Shown piece after piece: positions 9,493 through 19,391 of a stretch of 64,000 nt of DNA. The notes under the pieces were generated by a model, which was not told the origin of the DNA, ran no database searches, and worked only from the letters and a program-made list of their open reading frames with translations. The stretch is from an uncultured Holophagales bacterium (lineage in GTDB: Bacteria > Acidobacteriota > Thermoanaerobaculia > Multivoradales > UBA5704). Each line of letters opens with the position of its first letter. Within the stretch, counting starts at the first letter, position 1. Where the stretch lies: positions 198,002 through 262,001 of the forward strand of contig CAWJGT010000011.1 of assembly GCA_963842525.1 (NCBI GenBank). The letters run 5' to 3'. The translations under genes were made by a program, and so were the position numbers.

Positions 9493-9831
9493 TTCGGTGC
9501 AAGCCCACTTCAGCGTCAGGCCACCGTTATCCCTCGAATCTGCACTCCGCGTGACACGGCAGTGACACAGGGAAGACCGCAGGAGGCATCAGCCCGGGGA
9601 AACTTCTGCTTCTCTCGTCTTCAGGCGTACGGCGGGAGGTTTGGGGATGGGCGTAGAATGCGACGCGAGCTCGGTCATGAGTCGTCCGGGTAGGCCTCGG
9701 CGGGGCCGCAATCCTTCGTCGGGGCTGCGTTAGGGAACGCCATGATGCCATACTTTCATCTGTAAAGCCGAGTACTTGCTTGACACTCTTTCGCTCTGAC
9801 CGAGCGAGACCTCCTGACGGCCCGGGACTTT

Positions 9832-11208
9832 TCATTGCGCTGCAGCCGCTTGCGGCTGCCGTTGGCTCTTGATCCAACCGTCCACGCGTTCCTCCAGCAG
9901 GTCGAGCGGCAGCGGTCCGCCGTTCAGAATTTCGTCGTGGAACGCCTTGATGTCGAAGCGCGGTCCGAGCTGCATTCTGGCGCGCTCCCGCAGCTCGCGG
10001 ATCTTCAGTTGCCCCATCTTGTAGGCCAGCGCCTGCGCCGGCCGCGCGATGTAGCGGTCGGTCTCCGTCTGCGCGACGACTTCGTTGACGTCGTTCTCGT
10101 GCATGTAGGCGATGACCTGGTCGCGCGTCCAACCCTTGTTGTGGATGCCGGTATCGACCACCAGGCGCACGGCACGGAACAGCTCCGAGCTCAGTCGGCC
10201 ATAGTCGGACACCGGGTCCTTGTAGAGGCCGACCTCCTTGCCTAGCTCTTCCGAATACAGCGCCCATCCCTCGGTATAGGCGGACAGGCCGCCGCCGCTG
10301 AGCACCCGGAATTTCGGCAGGCCCTGGAGTTGCTGCGCGATGCTGATCTGCATGTGGTGCCCGGGCACGCCCTCGTGATAGGCGACGGCCTCATCGTTCA
10401 CCAGTGAGCGATGGGTCGGGTCGGCGACGGCGACCACCACACGCCCGGCCCGTTTGCCGTCCGGAGTGCCGCGGACGTAGTGCGTCGCCGCGGCCTTGTC
10501 GAAGTCGGGAATGGCCTCGACCGTCACCGGCGACTTCGGCAGCAGCCCGAAGAGCTCCGGCAGCCGCGGTTGCATCTCGTCGATATACTTCTTGAAGTCG
10601 GCGACGATCTGGTCCTCGTTCTTCGGCTGCCACTTTGGATCGCTGTGGATCGCAGCGCGGAAGGCGGCGAGGTCCTTGTAGCCCTGCGCCAGCGCCAGCT
10701 TCGTCATCTCCGCCGTGATCCGTGCCACCTCTTTGAGGCCCAACTGATGGACGGCCTCCGGCGTGATGTCGACGGTGGTCATCACCCTCACGGCTTCGGC
10801 GTAGCGCCGCTTGCCGTCCGGCAGGCTCTCGACCGAGATCGCGGTCCGCCCTTCCGGAGCGTACTCGTCGCGCAGGAAAACCGCGAGCTTCTTGTATGCC
10901 GGAAGGACTTCCTCATTGGCCGCCTTGGTCATCGCGGCCGTCAGCCGCTGCTTCTCCTCCTCGGAGAAGCTCGCCGGAAACTTCTTCAGCGGCAGCAGGA
11001 ACGGGTTTGCCGAGACGATCCCCTCGCACTGCCCCGGTAACTGGTCCACGACGAGCTTCGGCGGCATCAGGCCGTCCCTCATGCCGGCGCGCAACACCTC
11101 GATGGTCTGCTGGAATACCTGCGGAATCTGGTGGAGGCGCGCGATGTAATCCTCGTAGTGCTGCACCGAATCCAAGGGCACGCTCAACGGCAGATCGGCC
11201 TTTCGCAT
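9832..11208 (-). pseudogene. DUF885 family protein, 5'-truncated
   Basis: Motifs YHEGVPGHH, AYTEGWALYSE, RAVRLVVDTGIH and QALAYKMG; signal peptide and N-terminal part are absent. Confidence 0.8.
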
Positions 11209-11338
11209 GAGCCCAAGGCTACTACACCGGGCATGCGTAGTGACACGGGAGCTGCCGATTCTGGGGCGAGCTGCGCCGAATCCTCGGCACGCTATATCCT
11301 CCTTTCGACCAGCCCTAGCGCGTCTTGTCGACGTCGAG

Positions 11339-12676
11339 CTAGGGCTTGGTCTTCTTCTTGGCCTCCTTCTCGGCCGCCTCCTTCGCGGCCTTCTCCTTCG
11401 CGTCCGCCTCCTTCTTGGCAGCGAAATACTTCTCTGCCAGATCGTTCGGCATGATGTTGAAGTGGATATGCAGGAGGTAGGGAGCAGGCCCGTGATGGAT
11501 GCTCCCCTTCCCACCCGGCCCGTCACCTGTGCCGGAGAACTTGATTCGCAGCTTGCCGAGCTTTTCGTTCACCTCCTTGGCGACCGCGAAGTCGTTGTAG
11601 AATGCCATCCAGGCGACGTTGGTGGCGCTCGCGGCCTGGTCCGCCGCCAGAAAGAATTTGACCACCTGTTCGTGCTCGTAGAACCCCTCGGCGTTGGCCT
11701 TGATCCACGGGTACACGTCGATCGAGTACTTGCCGACCTTTTCCGGCCCGGCCCGCGGGCTGAAGTTCTCGTGGTCTTTGTAGTTTGCCGCCTTTACCTT
11801 TGTTCCCGTCTGTTTCTGCACTTCCTTCATGAACACGACCACGGACGGTGCGACCGGTCTCGCGTCAGCGCCCTGCGCCAGCGTGTCCGCGTGATCCGTC
11901 AGCGTGACGGTGCCTTCGAGGTCTTCGGGAAGCCCGTAGACAGCGACCGGGCTTGCCTTCTGCCGGACCGTGGCGAACTGGGCTTCGTTGTTCGCCAGGA
12001 TGACGAACCGGTCGGCGGCGCGGTCGACTTCCTCCTGCCACTGCTGCTGGTGCGTGCGACGCAGGGCCTCGACCTGCTCGATGAGATTGGCGGGAGCGGA
12101 TTTCACGAGCGCCGCTTCCTGGACATGAAGCTCCTTGAGCCGCTTGTCCTGCCTGTCGCCTTCTCGGATGTACAGGACGTAGTTCACCGAGTCACGGAAC
12201 TTCGGTTCCCAATGCTCCATCCGCGACTCCACGGTGTGGTTGATCTTGCCTTTGGGCCCCATGTCAACCCTCTCCCGGGCCTCCATCTCTGCGAGGGCCC
12301 TCATCCGCTCCTGGATGCGCGGCAGAAACCAGAGATGGCTCGGATTAACCCAGGGAATCATAAGCTCCTGCTGGCTCCAACTGCCCGGGCGAGTGGGCGG
12401 GTTTGCGGCGGCCTCGCGCAACGCTCTCCGGACGGCATCGCGACTGCTCACCGGATCGTCCGGAGTGCGGCCGGTCTGGAGCGCCGCAGACCGTTCCGCC
12501 TGCATCTCGCCGCCTTGGGCGTCCAGATGCGCCACACTTGGCTCCGGCCTGTCGGCGAAGGGAGACGGTTGCAGGGCGGAGCTCACCTCCGGACTTTGCC
12601 GAGTCCGAGCAGGGATTTCGGCCCTGGCGGGCGCGGCATTGTGAGGCCCCTTCGTTTTCTCGGCAAAAACGGTCAT
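11339..12676 (-). CDS. hypothetical protein (445 aa), possible Zn-peptidase-like C-terminal domain
   Basis: Long ORF with RBS GAAGGAGAG; H...SID and HIH motifs near the C terminus. Confidence 0.7.
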   Translation of the reverse strand: MTVFAEKTKGPHNAAPARAEIPARTRQSPEVSSALQPSPFADRPEPSVAHLDAQGGEMQAERSAALQTGRTPDDPVSSRDAVRRALREAAANPPTRPGSWSQQELMIPWVNPSHLWFLPRIQERMRALAEMEARERVDMGPKGKINHTVESRMEHWEPKFRDSVNYVLYIREGDRQDKRLKELHVQEAALVKSAPANLIEQVEALRRTHQQQWQEEVDRAADRFVILANNEAQFATVRQKASPVAVYGLPEDLEGTVTLTDHADTLAQGADARPVAPSVVVFMKEVQKQTGTKVKAANYKDHENFSPRAGPEKVGKYSIDVYPWIKANAEGFYEHEQVVKFFLAADQAASATNVAWMAFYNDFAVAKEVNEKLGKLRIKFSGTGDGPGGKGSIHHGPAPYLLHIHFNIMPNDLAEKYFAAKKEADAKEKAAKEAAEKEAKKKTKP

Positions 12677-12767
12677 AGCCCTCTCCTTCAGGGCTTCAAC
12701 GAAGGGGCAGAGGCATTCCTCTCACGCCCCGCCCTTGAGGTCGGTGGGCCAGTCCCCTTCGTCGCAC

Positions 12768-13300
12768 AACATCGCACTCTCCCTTGGCAATGGCGCAATG
12801 ACCGCACTTATTGCGACATTGACTCTGGTGAACGGCGCATTGACTGCAGGAAATGGCGCATTGACCGGAGGAAATGCAATATTTCCCGGACCTAAAGAAG
12901 CGATGCCTGTCCATGCGCCGGACGAGAGGCGGGCAATGTCGAAGAGAGAGCCTGCGGCGTCTCGGTGTTTCGCGCTCGTGCGACGTTTTCTCGGCTTATT
13001 GTAGCAGTCGGTCGATTATTTGCAGTATTGCCTGCGTGAAGCACGACGTTCCTCTTCTGGCTTGCTACGTTTGGCGGCTTCCCTGGGCTTGGAGAAGGGC
13101 GAGCAGATTCGCGAAGCACCGGAAATGTCGCAATGCATCGAGATCACGGAGGAAAATGGACAGGCCTCCTCTCTTGCGGTACAATCCCAGAGGAGGATAG
13201 TCGAAGTGAGACAATTTTGGCGTTCTTCTCGACATTCTTGAGGGTCTATGCTCCATGGAGTGCTCCGGTTTTCGCATCGAGTCGAGGCGCGACATTGGAG
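12768..13300. repeat. 21-bp-phased degenerate motif array (AATGTCGCA/TGCGACATT-like)
   Basis: Motif starts at 12768, 12789, 12812, 12831, 12852, 12875, 12935, 12979, 13000, 13021, 13042, 13063 and 13124, in mixed orientation. Confidence 0.6.
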
Positions 13301-13423
13301 GGAGCCGGAATGGGTTTCGGGCCAGTCCTGGCTGGGCCGCCCCCTCTGGCGTTACTGGACCAGCCGCATGGGCTAGAATCCTCTCTCACGCAGTGGCTTT
13401 TCCAGCTCGAAGAGGAGAGAACG

Positions 13424-13987
13424 ATGTACCGATCTTCCGCCGTCCTCGCGCTCTGCCTGTTGTCCGCACCACTTGCCGCGCAGGAGATCGGAACAGCGGG
13501 CGGCCAGGGCATCATCTCCCGCCAGACCGGCTGGAACGACAAGACCAAGGAACCCGTGGTCGAGGAGGTCAGCTTCTCGCCCCGGTTTTCCTACACCTAC
13601 ACCGAGGGAACGGGGGCTGACCGTTTCCAATGGATCGTTCTCACCGACAGGGAGCCGCCCCTCAAGAGCTGGGCGGGGATGAAGGATCAAGCCGAGGCGC
13701 GCCGTCTCTGGTGCGAGAAGGAAAAGACTTCGTTCGTCGCGGTGAAGCTGGATGCAAAGGGCGCGGTCGACCTCTATTTCCTCTGCCCGGCCAACGGTCA
13801 GGTCAACACCGAGATGCTGAGCACCTGGAACGGGCTCGACAGTGTGGTCGTCACGCTCGAAGGCAAAGATCCGAAGCGGATCAAGGGCACTCTGCGTGGC
13901 GGTGAGGGAGCCTGCTCCGATGACAATGGCGGACAGGTTTATTGCACGCCGCAGGAGGACTACACCTTCGACGCTCCCCGCCGCTAA
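13424..13987 (+). CDS. secreted hypothetical protein
   Basis: RBS GAGGAGA; signal peptide MYRSSAVLALCLLSAPLAA; four Cys in the mature part. Confidence 0.75.
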   Translation: MYRSSAVLALCLLSAPLAAQEIGTAGGQGIISRQTGWNDKTKEPVVEEVSFSPRFSYTYTEGTGADRFQWIVLTDREPPLKSWAGMKDQAEARRLWCEKEKTSFVAVKLDAKGAVDLYFLCPANGQVNTEMLSTWNGLDSVVVTLEGKDPKRIKGTLRGGEGACSDDNGGQVYCTPQEDYTFDAPRR

Positions 13988-14009
13988 AGCTGGCTGCAGG
14001 TCTTTTGTA

Positions 14010-14840
14010 ATGTTCAGATTTCACCGGGTCGGATTGGTTCTTCTCTCGGGTCACCTCCTGGTCATGCTCAGCATGCCGGCGAGCGCCGCGGAAAAGGCGG
14101 CGCCGCTGGCAATTGGGGAGACCTTCACCATTGCGTCCAAGGTCCTGGGCGAGACCCGGCGCATCAATGTCTACCTGCCGCCTGGCTATGCGGCGTCTCC
14201 CGATGCGCGGGTCCCTGTACTCTACATGCCGGACGGCGGCATGGCCGAGGATTTCCTGCACGTGGCCGGCCTGGTGCAGGTCTCGGTGGGCAATGGGACG
14301 ATGCGCCCTTTCCTGCTGGTGGGGATCGAGAATACCGAGCGTCGCCGCGATATGACAGGCCCTACGGAGAACGACGAAGACAAAAAGATCGCGCCGCGGG
14401 TGGGAGGCTCCGCGGCGTTCCGAAGGTTCCTCCGCGAGGAGCTCATGCCGCAGGTGAAGAGCCGCTATCGCACGACCCAGGAAACAGCGATCGTTGGGGA
14501 GTCCCTCGCCGGGCTGTTCGTGGTGGAGACGTTTCTCCTGGAGCCGGATCTGTTTGACACCTATCTGGCCTTTGACCCCAGTCTCTGGTGGAACAACGAG
14601 AAGCTGGTCCAGGGAGCCGGGGAGAGGCTGCGTGCGCGGCCCAAGCTGGAGAAGACGCTGTATCTTGCGAGCAGCGACGAAAAGGGAATTGCGGAGCCTA
14701 CGCAGCGATTCGCGGAGATCCTCGGCAAGAACGCGCCCGCCGGCGTCCGTTGGCACTACGAGAAGATGCCGGAGGAGAAGCACTCGACGATCTATCATCC
14801 CGCCGCGCTGAAGGCCTTTCGCGCGGTGTTCAAGCCGTAG
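14010..14840 (+). CDS. alpha/beta hydrolase (IroE/Fes-like putative esterase)
   Basis: PVLYMPDGG, GESLAG nucleophile elbow, DPSLWWN and a C-terminal catalytic His (EEKHSTI). Confidence 0.88.
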   Translation: MFRFHRVGLVLLSGHLLVMLSMPASAAEKAAPLAIGETFTIASKVLGETRRINVYLPPGYAASPDARVPVLYMPDGGMAEDFLHVAGLVQVSVGNGTMRPFLLVGIENTERRRDMTGPTENDEDKKIAPRVGGSAAFRRFLREELMPQVKSRYRTTQETAIVGESLAGLFVVETFLLEPDLFDTYLAFDPSLWWNNEKLVQGAGERLRARPKLEKTLYLASSDEKGIAEPTQRFAEILGKNAPAGVRWHYEKMPEEKHSTIYHPAALKAFRAVFKP

Positions 14841-14927
14841 GCGCGGTCAGGAAGCCTTGGCGCACCTTCTCAAGAGAGAGCTGTGTGTGCGAGGAGGGAG
14901 CACTCACCGCGGAAAGGAGGTGATCCC

Positions 14928-14984
14928 ATGAAGATCAGGACCAACGTCAAGGCCGGTACCGAGAACATCGTCTGGGGGACGTAG
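14928..14984 (+). CDS. 18-aa micropeptide MKIRTNVKAGTENIVWGT
   Basis: Very strong SD GGAAAGGAGGTGATCCC before ATG; a paralogue lies 107 bp downstream. Confidence 0.75.
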   Translation: MKIRTNVKAGTENIVWGT

Positions 14985-15034
14985 TCGTCCTGAGGCTCGG
15001 CGTCCGTCGCTGAACCCGGAAAGGAGGTGATCCC

Positions 15035-15091
15035 ATGAAAGTCAGGACCAACGTCAAGGCTGGTGACGAGAACATCGTCTGGAGCGTGTAG
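15035..15091 (+). CDS. 18-aa micropeptide MKVRTNVKAGDENIVWSV
   Basis: Same SD as the first copy; synonymous changes (AAG/AAA, GCC/GCT) preserve the peptide. Confidence 0.75.
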   Translation: MKVRTNVKAGDENIVWSV

Positions 15092-15227
15092 TCGGCTCGA
15101 TACTGGAGTCAACCCTGAAGCTCTCCTTGACCCGCTCCGGCGGAGCTGTTCGGCGGAGCGGGGCGCCATGCCAGGTGTGGGCCGGCAGGCCGGTTTGTGG
15201 TACCTTCTTCCTGCGGTGTTCCTCCCC

Positions 15228-16173
15228 CTGAAAAGAGTCCCCGGACGGCGTTCCCAGCCGGAGAGCGTCCCGGCCCAGGGCCTGCTCGACTTCGGTGCAT
15301 CCACGGTGGCCGCGGAGCCAGAATCCATGGTGGAGCCCTTGCCGGCCAAGCCTCCGCCGCCTCCCAGGCCCCGCTCGGAGGGGCCTCCTCTGCGCGTGGG
15401 CGTGCTCGGCTCGGGGAGCGGCGGCAATGCGGTGATCGTCGAGTCCGGCAAGCACCGGATCCTCCTCGACGCCGGGTTCTCGTGCCGCGAGCTGGTCCGC
15501 CGGATGAAGACGCTCAGCTTCGATCCGATGACGATCGAGGCGCTTGTCCTCACCCATGAGCACCAGGACCACTGCAAGGGAGCCGACGGCTTCGCCAAGC
15601 GGTTCAAGGTGCCGGTCTGGGCCACAGCCGGGACTTTGCTCGGCGCGGGGCTGCGGGAAGAGCGAGCCCGGTCGGCCGTGTTGGTCCGTTCGGGCGAGCG
15701 ACGGGAAGTGGCGGGGTTCCAGATCGAGCCGTTCACGCTGCCGCACGATGCGCGTGAGCCGATCGGCATGGTTGTCGAGGACGGCCTCGGCCGCCGGGTG
15801 GGGCTCGTGGCCGACCTGGGCTGCCGGTCGAGCCTGGCGTGGGCGCGGCTCCAGGATCTCGACGTCCTGATCCTGGAGACCAACCACGACCTGGACATGC
15901 TGCGCAACGGCCCTTATCCCTGGAGCCTGAAACAGCGGGTGGCCGGCCGCCACGGTCACCTGTTCGAACCGGGAGGCCGCGGAAGGCCTCCCCGAGCTCA
16001 TGAACGACCGCCTGCGCTGGGTGGTCCTGTACCACCTGTCCCGGACGAACAATCTGCCCGCACTCGCCGCGGAGGCGATCGGCGCGGCGCTCGACCGGGA
16101 AGGGTGCTCCGCCCAGATGGCCGTGAGCGAGCAGTTCCACCCGACCCCGTGGCTCGAGGTCGACTGGAGGTGA
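15228..16173 (+). CDS. MBL-fold metallo-hydrolase (YycJ/WalJ-like); frameshift near 15965; start uncertain
   Basis: Motifs LGSGSGGNA, THEHQDH, PHDA, LETNHD, GPYPWSLKQRV, GHL(S)N and HLSRTNN. Confidence 0.85.
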
Positions 16174-16177
16174 ATTC

Positions 16178-16438
16178 GTGAGGGCACGAGTGACCGTCTA
16201 TCCGCGCCGCGAGATCCTGGACCCGCAGGGCAAGGCGATCCGCGACGCTCTGGCCCGCGTCGGCTTCGCCGGCGTGGAGGATGTGCGCGCCGGCAAGAGC
16301 TTCGATATCCGCCTGGGCACCGACGATCCGGAGCGGGCCGGCCGCGAGCTGAAGGACATGTGCGACAAGCTCCTCGCCAATACCGTGGTCGAGGACTATG
16401 CGATCGAGCTTCTCGAAACGGAGGGAAGCCATCCATGA
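16178..16438 (+). CDS. purS: FGAM synthase subunit PurS
   Basis: ILDPQGKAI, VRAGK and MCDKLLANTVVEDY. Confidence 0.95.
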   Translation: MRARVTVYPRREILDPQGKAIRDALARVGFAGVEDVRAGKSFDIRLGTDDPERAGRELKDMCDKLLANTVVEDYAIELLETEGSHP

Positions 16439-17145
16439 GGTGTGGCGTCGTCGTCTTCCCCGGGTCCAATTGCGACCACGACGTCTATCATGTTTTGAAG
16501 CACGTCCTGGAGCAGGACGTGACGTTTCTCTGGCATCAGGACGAAACGCTCCAAGGCAGCGACCTGGTGGTCCTGCCGGGCGGATTCTCCTATGGCGACT
16601 ATCTGCGGGCCGGAGCGCTGGCCTCCCTGTCGCCGGTCATGGCCGCGGTCCGGCGCCACGCCGAGGCGGGCGGGCTCGTGCTCGGCATCTGCAACGGCTT
16701 CCAGGTGCTCCTGGAGACCGGCCTGCTGCCCGGCGCCATGCGGCGCAACGCCAACCTCCGTTTCCAGTGCAAGGACGTCCACCTGAAAGTCGAGAGGGAC
16801 GACCTCCCCTTCACCCGCAAGCTGAAGGCGGGGCAGATCCTGCGGATGCCCATTGCGCATGCCGAAGGGAATTACGAGGACGCACCCGAGAAGCTCGACG
16901 CCCTGGAGACGGCCGGCCAGGTGGTCTTCCGCTACTGCTCGGCCGAAGGCGTCATTACATCCGAGGCCAATCCCAACGGCGCGGCGCGCAACATCGCCGG
17001 TATTTGCAACGCGGACGGCAACGTCCTCGGCCTGATGCCCCATCCGGAGCGGTGCTCCGAGGCGGTGCTGAGTAATACAGACGGCCTCGCTCTGTTTGCG
17101 AGCGCGATCGAAGTGGGAAGCAGGGTGCTGGGGGCGGTGCGATGA
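16435..17145 (+). CDS. purQ: FGAM synthase glutaminase subunit PurQ
   Basis: [25 protein letters not shown] and MPHPER. Confidence 0.97.
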   Translation: MRCGVVVFPGSNCDHDVYHVLKHVLEQDVTFLWHQDETLQGSDLVVLPGGFSYGDYLRAGALASLSPVMAAVRRHAEAGGLVLGICNGFQVLLETGLLPGAMRRNANLRFQCKDVHLKVERDDLPFTRKLKAGQILRMPIAHAEGNYEDAPEKLDALETAGQVVFRYCSAEGVITSEANPNGAARNIAGICNADGNVLGLMPHPERCSEAVLSNTDGLALFASAIEVGSRVLGAVR

Positions 17146-19349
17146 CGACGATGGCTGCCGAGCCGCAGATCACCCCCGAGGTCGTCCGCCGGCACATGAC
17201 GGACGAGGAGTACGAGCGGCTGCGGGGCATCCTCGGCCGCGATCCGAGCTGGACCGAGCTGGGGATCACCTCGGCGCTGTGGTCCGAGCACTGCTCCTAC
17301 AAGTCCTCCAAGGTCTATCTGCGCGAGTTTCCGACCGAGGGGCCGCACGTCGTTCAGGGGCCTGGCGAGAACGCCGGGATCGTGGACATCGGCCACGGCT
17401 GGGTGGCGGCGTTCAAGATGGAGTCGCACAACCACCCGAGCTACATCGAGCCCTACCAGGGAGCGGCGACCGGAGTGGGTGGCATCCTGCGCGACATCTT
17501 CACCATGGGAGCGCGGCCGATCGCCTGCATGGATTCGCTGCGTTTCGGCGAGATCGACGCGCCGCGCATGCGCTTCCTGATCGACGGCGTGGTACGCGGC
17601 ATCGGCGACTACGGCAACTGCGTGGGCATCCCGACCGTGGGCGGTGAAACGGGTTTCCACCGCTGCTACAACGGCAACATCCTGGTCAATGCCTTCGCCC
17701 TGGGGATCGCCCGCCGCGACCGCATCTTCCATGCACGGGCAAGCGGCCCGGGTAATCCTGTTCTTTATGTGGGCAGCCGCACGGGGCGGGACGGCATCCA
17801 TGGCGCCACCATGGCCTCGGAGTCGTTCGACGCTGAAAGCGAGCAGAAGCGGCCGACCGTGCAGGTGGGCGACCCCTTCACCGAAAAGGTGCTGCTCGAA
17901 GCCTGCCTGGAGGCGATGCGCACCGGCGCCATCGTGGCCATTCAGGACATGGGCGCCGCGGGCCTGACCAGCTCGTCCTTCGAAATGGCCGGCCGCGGCG
18001 GCACCGGCCTGCGGCTCGACCTCGATCACGTGCCGCTGCGCGAGCCGGGGCTCACCCCCTACGAGATGATGCTCTCCGAGTCCCAGGAGCGCATGGTCCT
18101 GGTGGCGAAGCGTGGCCGCGAGGAGGAGCTGGCCAGGGTCTTCCGGCGCTGGGGCCTGGAGGTGGCGCCGATCGGCGAGGTGACCGACACCGGCCGCGCC
18201 GTCCTGGTCTGGAAGGGCGACGTGGTGGCCGACATCCCGATCCGGCCGCTGACCGAGGAGGCTCCGGTCTATCGCCGCCCGGTCGCCGAGCCCGCGGACC
18301 TCGCCGAACGCTGGCGCGCTCCGGAGGTGCCCCAGCCGAGCGACCTGCGGGGGACGCTCGAGCGGCTCCTCGCGACCCCGGAATTCGCCAGCAAGGCCTG
18401 GATCTGGACCCAGTACGACCACACCGTGCGCACCAACACGGTCCAGGGGCCGGGTGCCGATGCCGCGGTGCTGCTGCTCAAGGGCACGCCGTCGGGACTC
18501 GCCATGACCTCGGACGTCAATCCGGTCTATTGCCAGCTCGACCCGCGGCGGGGCGGCGCCCAGGCGGTGGCCGAGGCGGTGCGCAACCTCGCCTGCGCCG
18601 GGGCCGATCCCGTGGGGCTGACCGACTGCCTGAACTTCGGCAACCCGGAAAACCCGGAGATCTCGTGGCAGTTCCGCGAGGCGATCCGCGGCATGTCCGA
18701 CGCCTGCCGGGCTCTGGGCGTGCCGGTCATCTCGGGCAATGTCTCGTTTTACAACGAGACCGAGGGGCAGTCGATCAATCCGACGCCGACCGTCGCCGTG
18801 GTGGGCGTCGTTCCGAACGTGGCGAACGTCCCCAATCCGGGGTTCCTGCACGCTGGGGACCGCGTCGTCCTGCTCGGCCGCGACAGGTCCGAATTCGGCG
18901 GCTCGGCGTGGCTGCGGCTGCTCCATGGCATCGAGCAGGGCCGGCCGCCGGAGGTAGACCTCGACGCCGAGCTGCGCCTCGCGCGGCTGCTGCGCGGCCT
19001 GATCGCCAAAGGGCTGGTCCGCACGGCGCACGACCTCTCGGATGGTGGCTTCCTGATCGCTCTGGCGGAGGCCTGTCTGACCCGCGGCCTGGGAGCCACC
19101 GTCGAGGTGCCGCTCGAAGGGGCGGACCTGTTTTCGGAGACGCAGGCCCGGGCGATCGTCGCCTGCCCGCCGGCCTCGGCCGAGCGGGTGCTGCGCGCCG
19201 CCGAAGAGGCGGGAGTGCCATTCGCGGACATCGGCGAGGTAGGGGGCTCGGATCTGGTCGTCCGCTCGGGCGGCGAGCTCCTGCGGGCCCCGGTGGCCGG
19301 TCTGCACCAGATCTGGTCAACCGCGCTGCCGCAGGCGTTGGGGTTGTAG
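17142..19349 (+). CDS. purL: FGAM synthase subunit PurL
   Basis: [31 protein letters not shown] and DCLNFGNPE. Confidence 0.97.
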   Translation: MTTMAAEPQITPEVVRRHMTDEEYERLRGILGRDPSWTELGITSALWSEHCSYKSSKVYLREFPTEGPHVVQGPGENAGIVDIGHGWVAAFKMESHNHPSYIEPYQGAATGVGGILRDIFTMGARPIACMDSLRFGEIDAPRMRFLIDGVVRGIGDYGNCVGIPTVGGETGFHRCYNGNILVNAFALGIARRDRIFHARASGPGNPVLYVGSRTGRDGIHGATMASESFDAESEQKRPTVQVGDPFTEKVLLEACLEAMRTGAIVAIQDMGAAGLTSSSFEMAGRGGTGLRLDLDHVPLREPGLTPYEMMLSESQERMVLVAKRGREEELARVFRRWGLEVAPIGEVTDTGRAVLVWKGDVVADIPIRPLTEEAPVYRRPVAEPADLAERWRAPEVPQPSDLRGTLERLLATPEFASKAWIWTQYDHTVRTNTVQGPGADAAVLLLKGTPSGLAMTSDVNPVYCQLDPRRGGAQAVAEAVRNLACAGADPVGLTDCLNFGNPENPEISWQFREAIRGMSDACRALGVPVISGNVSFYNETEGQSINPTPTVAVVGVVPNVANVPNPGFLHAGDRVVLLGRDRSEFGGSAWLRLLHGIEQGRPPEVDLDAELRLARLLRGLIAKGLVRTAHDLSDGGFLIALAEACLTRGLGATVEVPLEGADLFSETQARAIVACPPASAERVLRAAEEAGVPFADIGEVGGSDLVVRSGGELLRAPVAGLHQIWSTALPQALGL

Positions 19350-19391
19350 CCGGAGAATTTTGCTAATCGTTCTCTCGTTGACATTCAAGCC

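Noticed and set aside
9832-11526. 564-aa ORF as a full-length DUF885 protein
   Set aside because: The first roughly 105 aa are an off-frame read of the neighbouring gene; family similarity starts near 11200.
14858-14875. Sigma54 promoter upstream of the micropeptides (TTGGCGC)
   Set aside because: There is no TGC at the -12 position.
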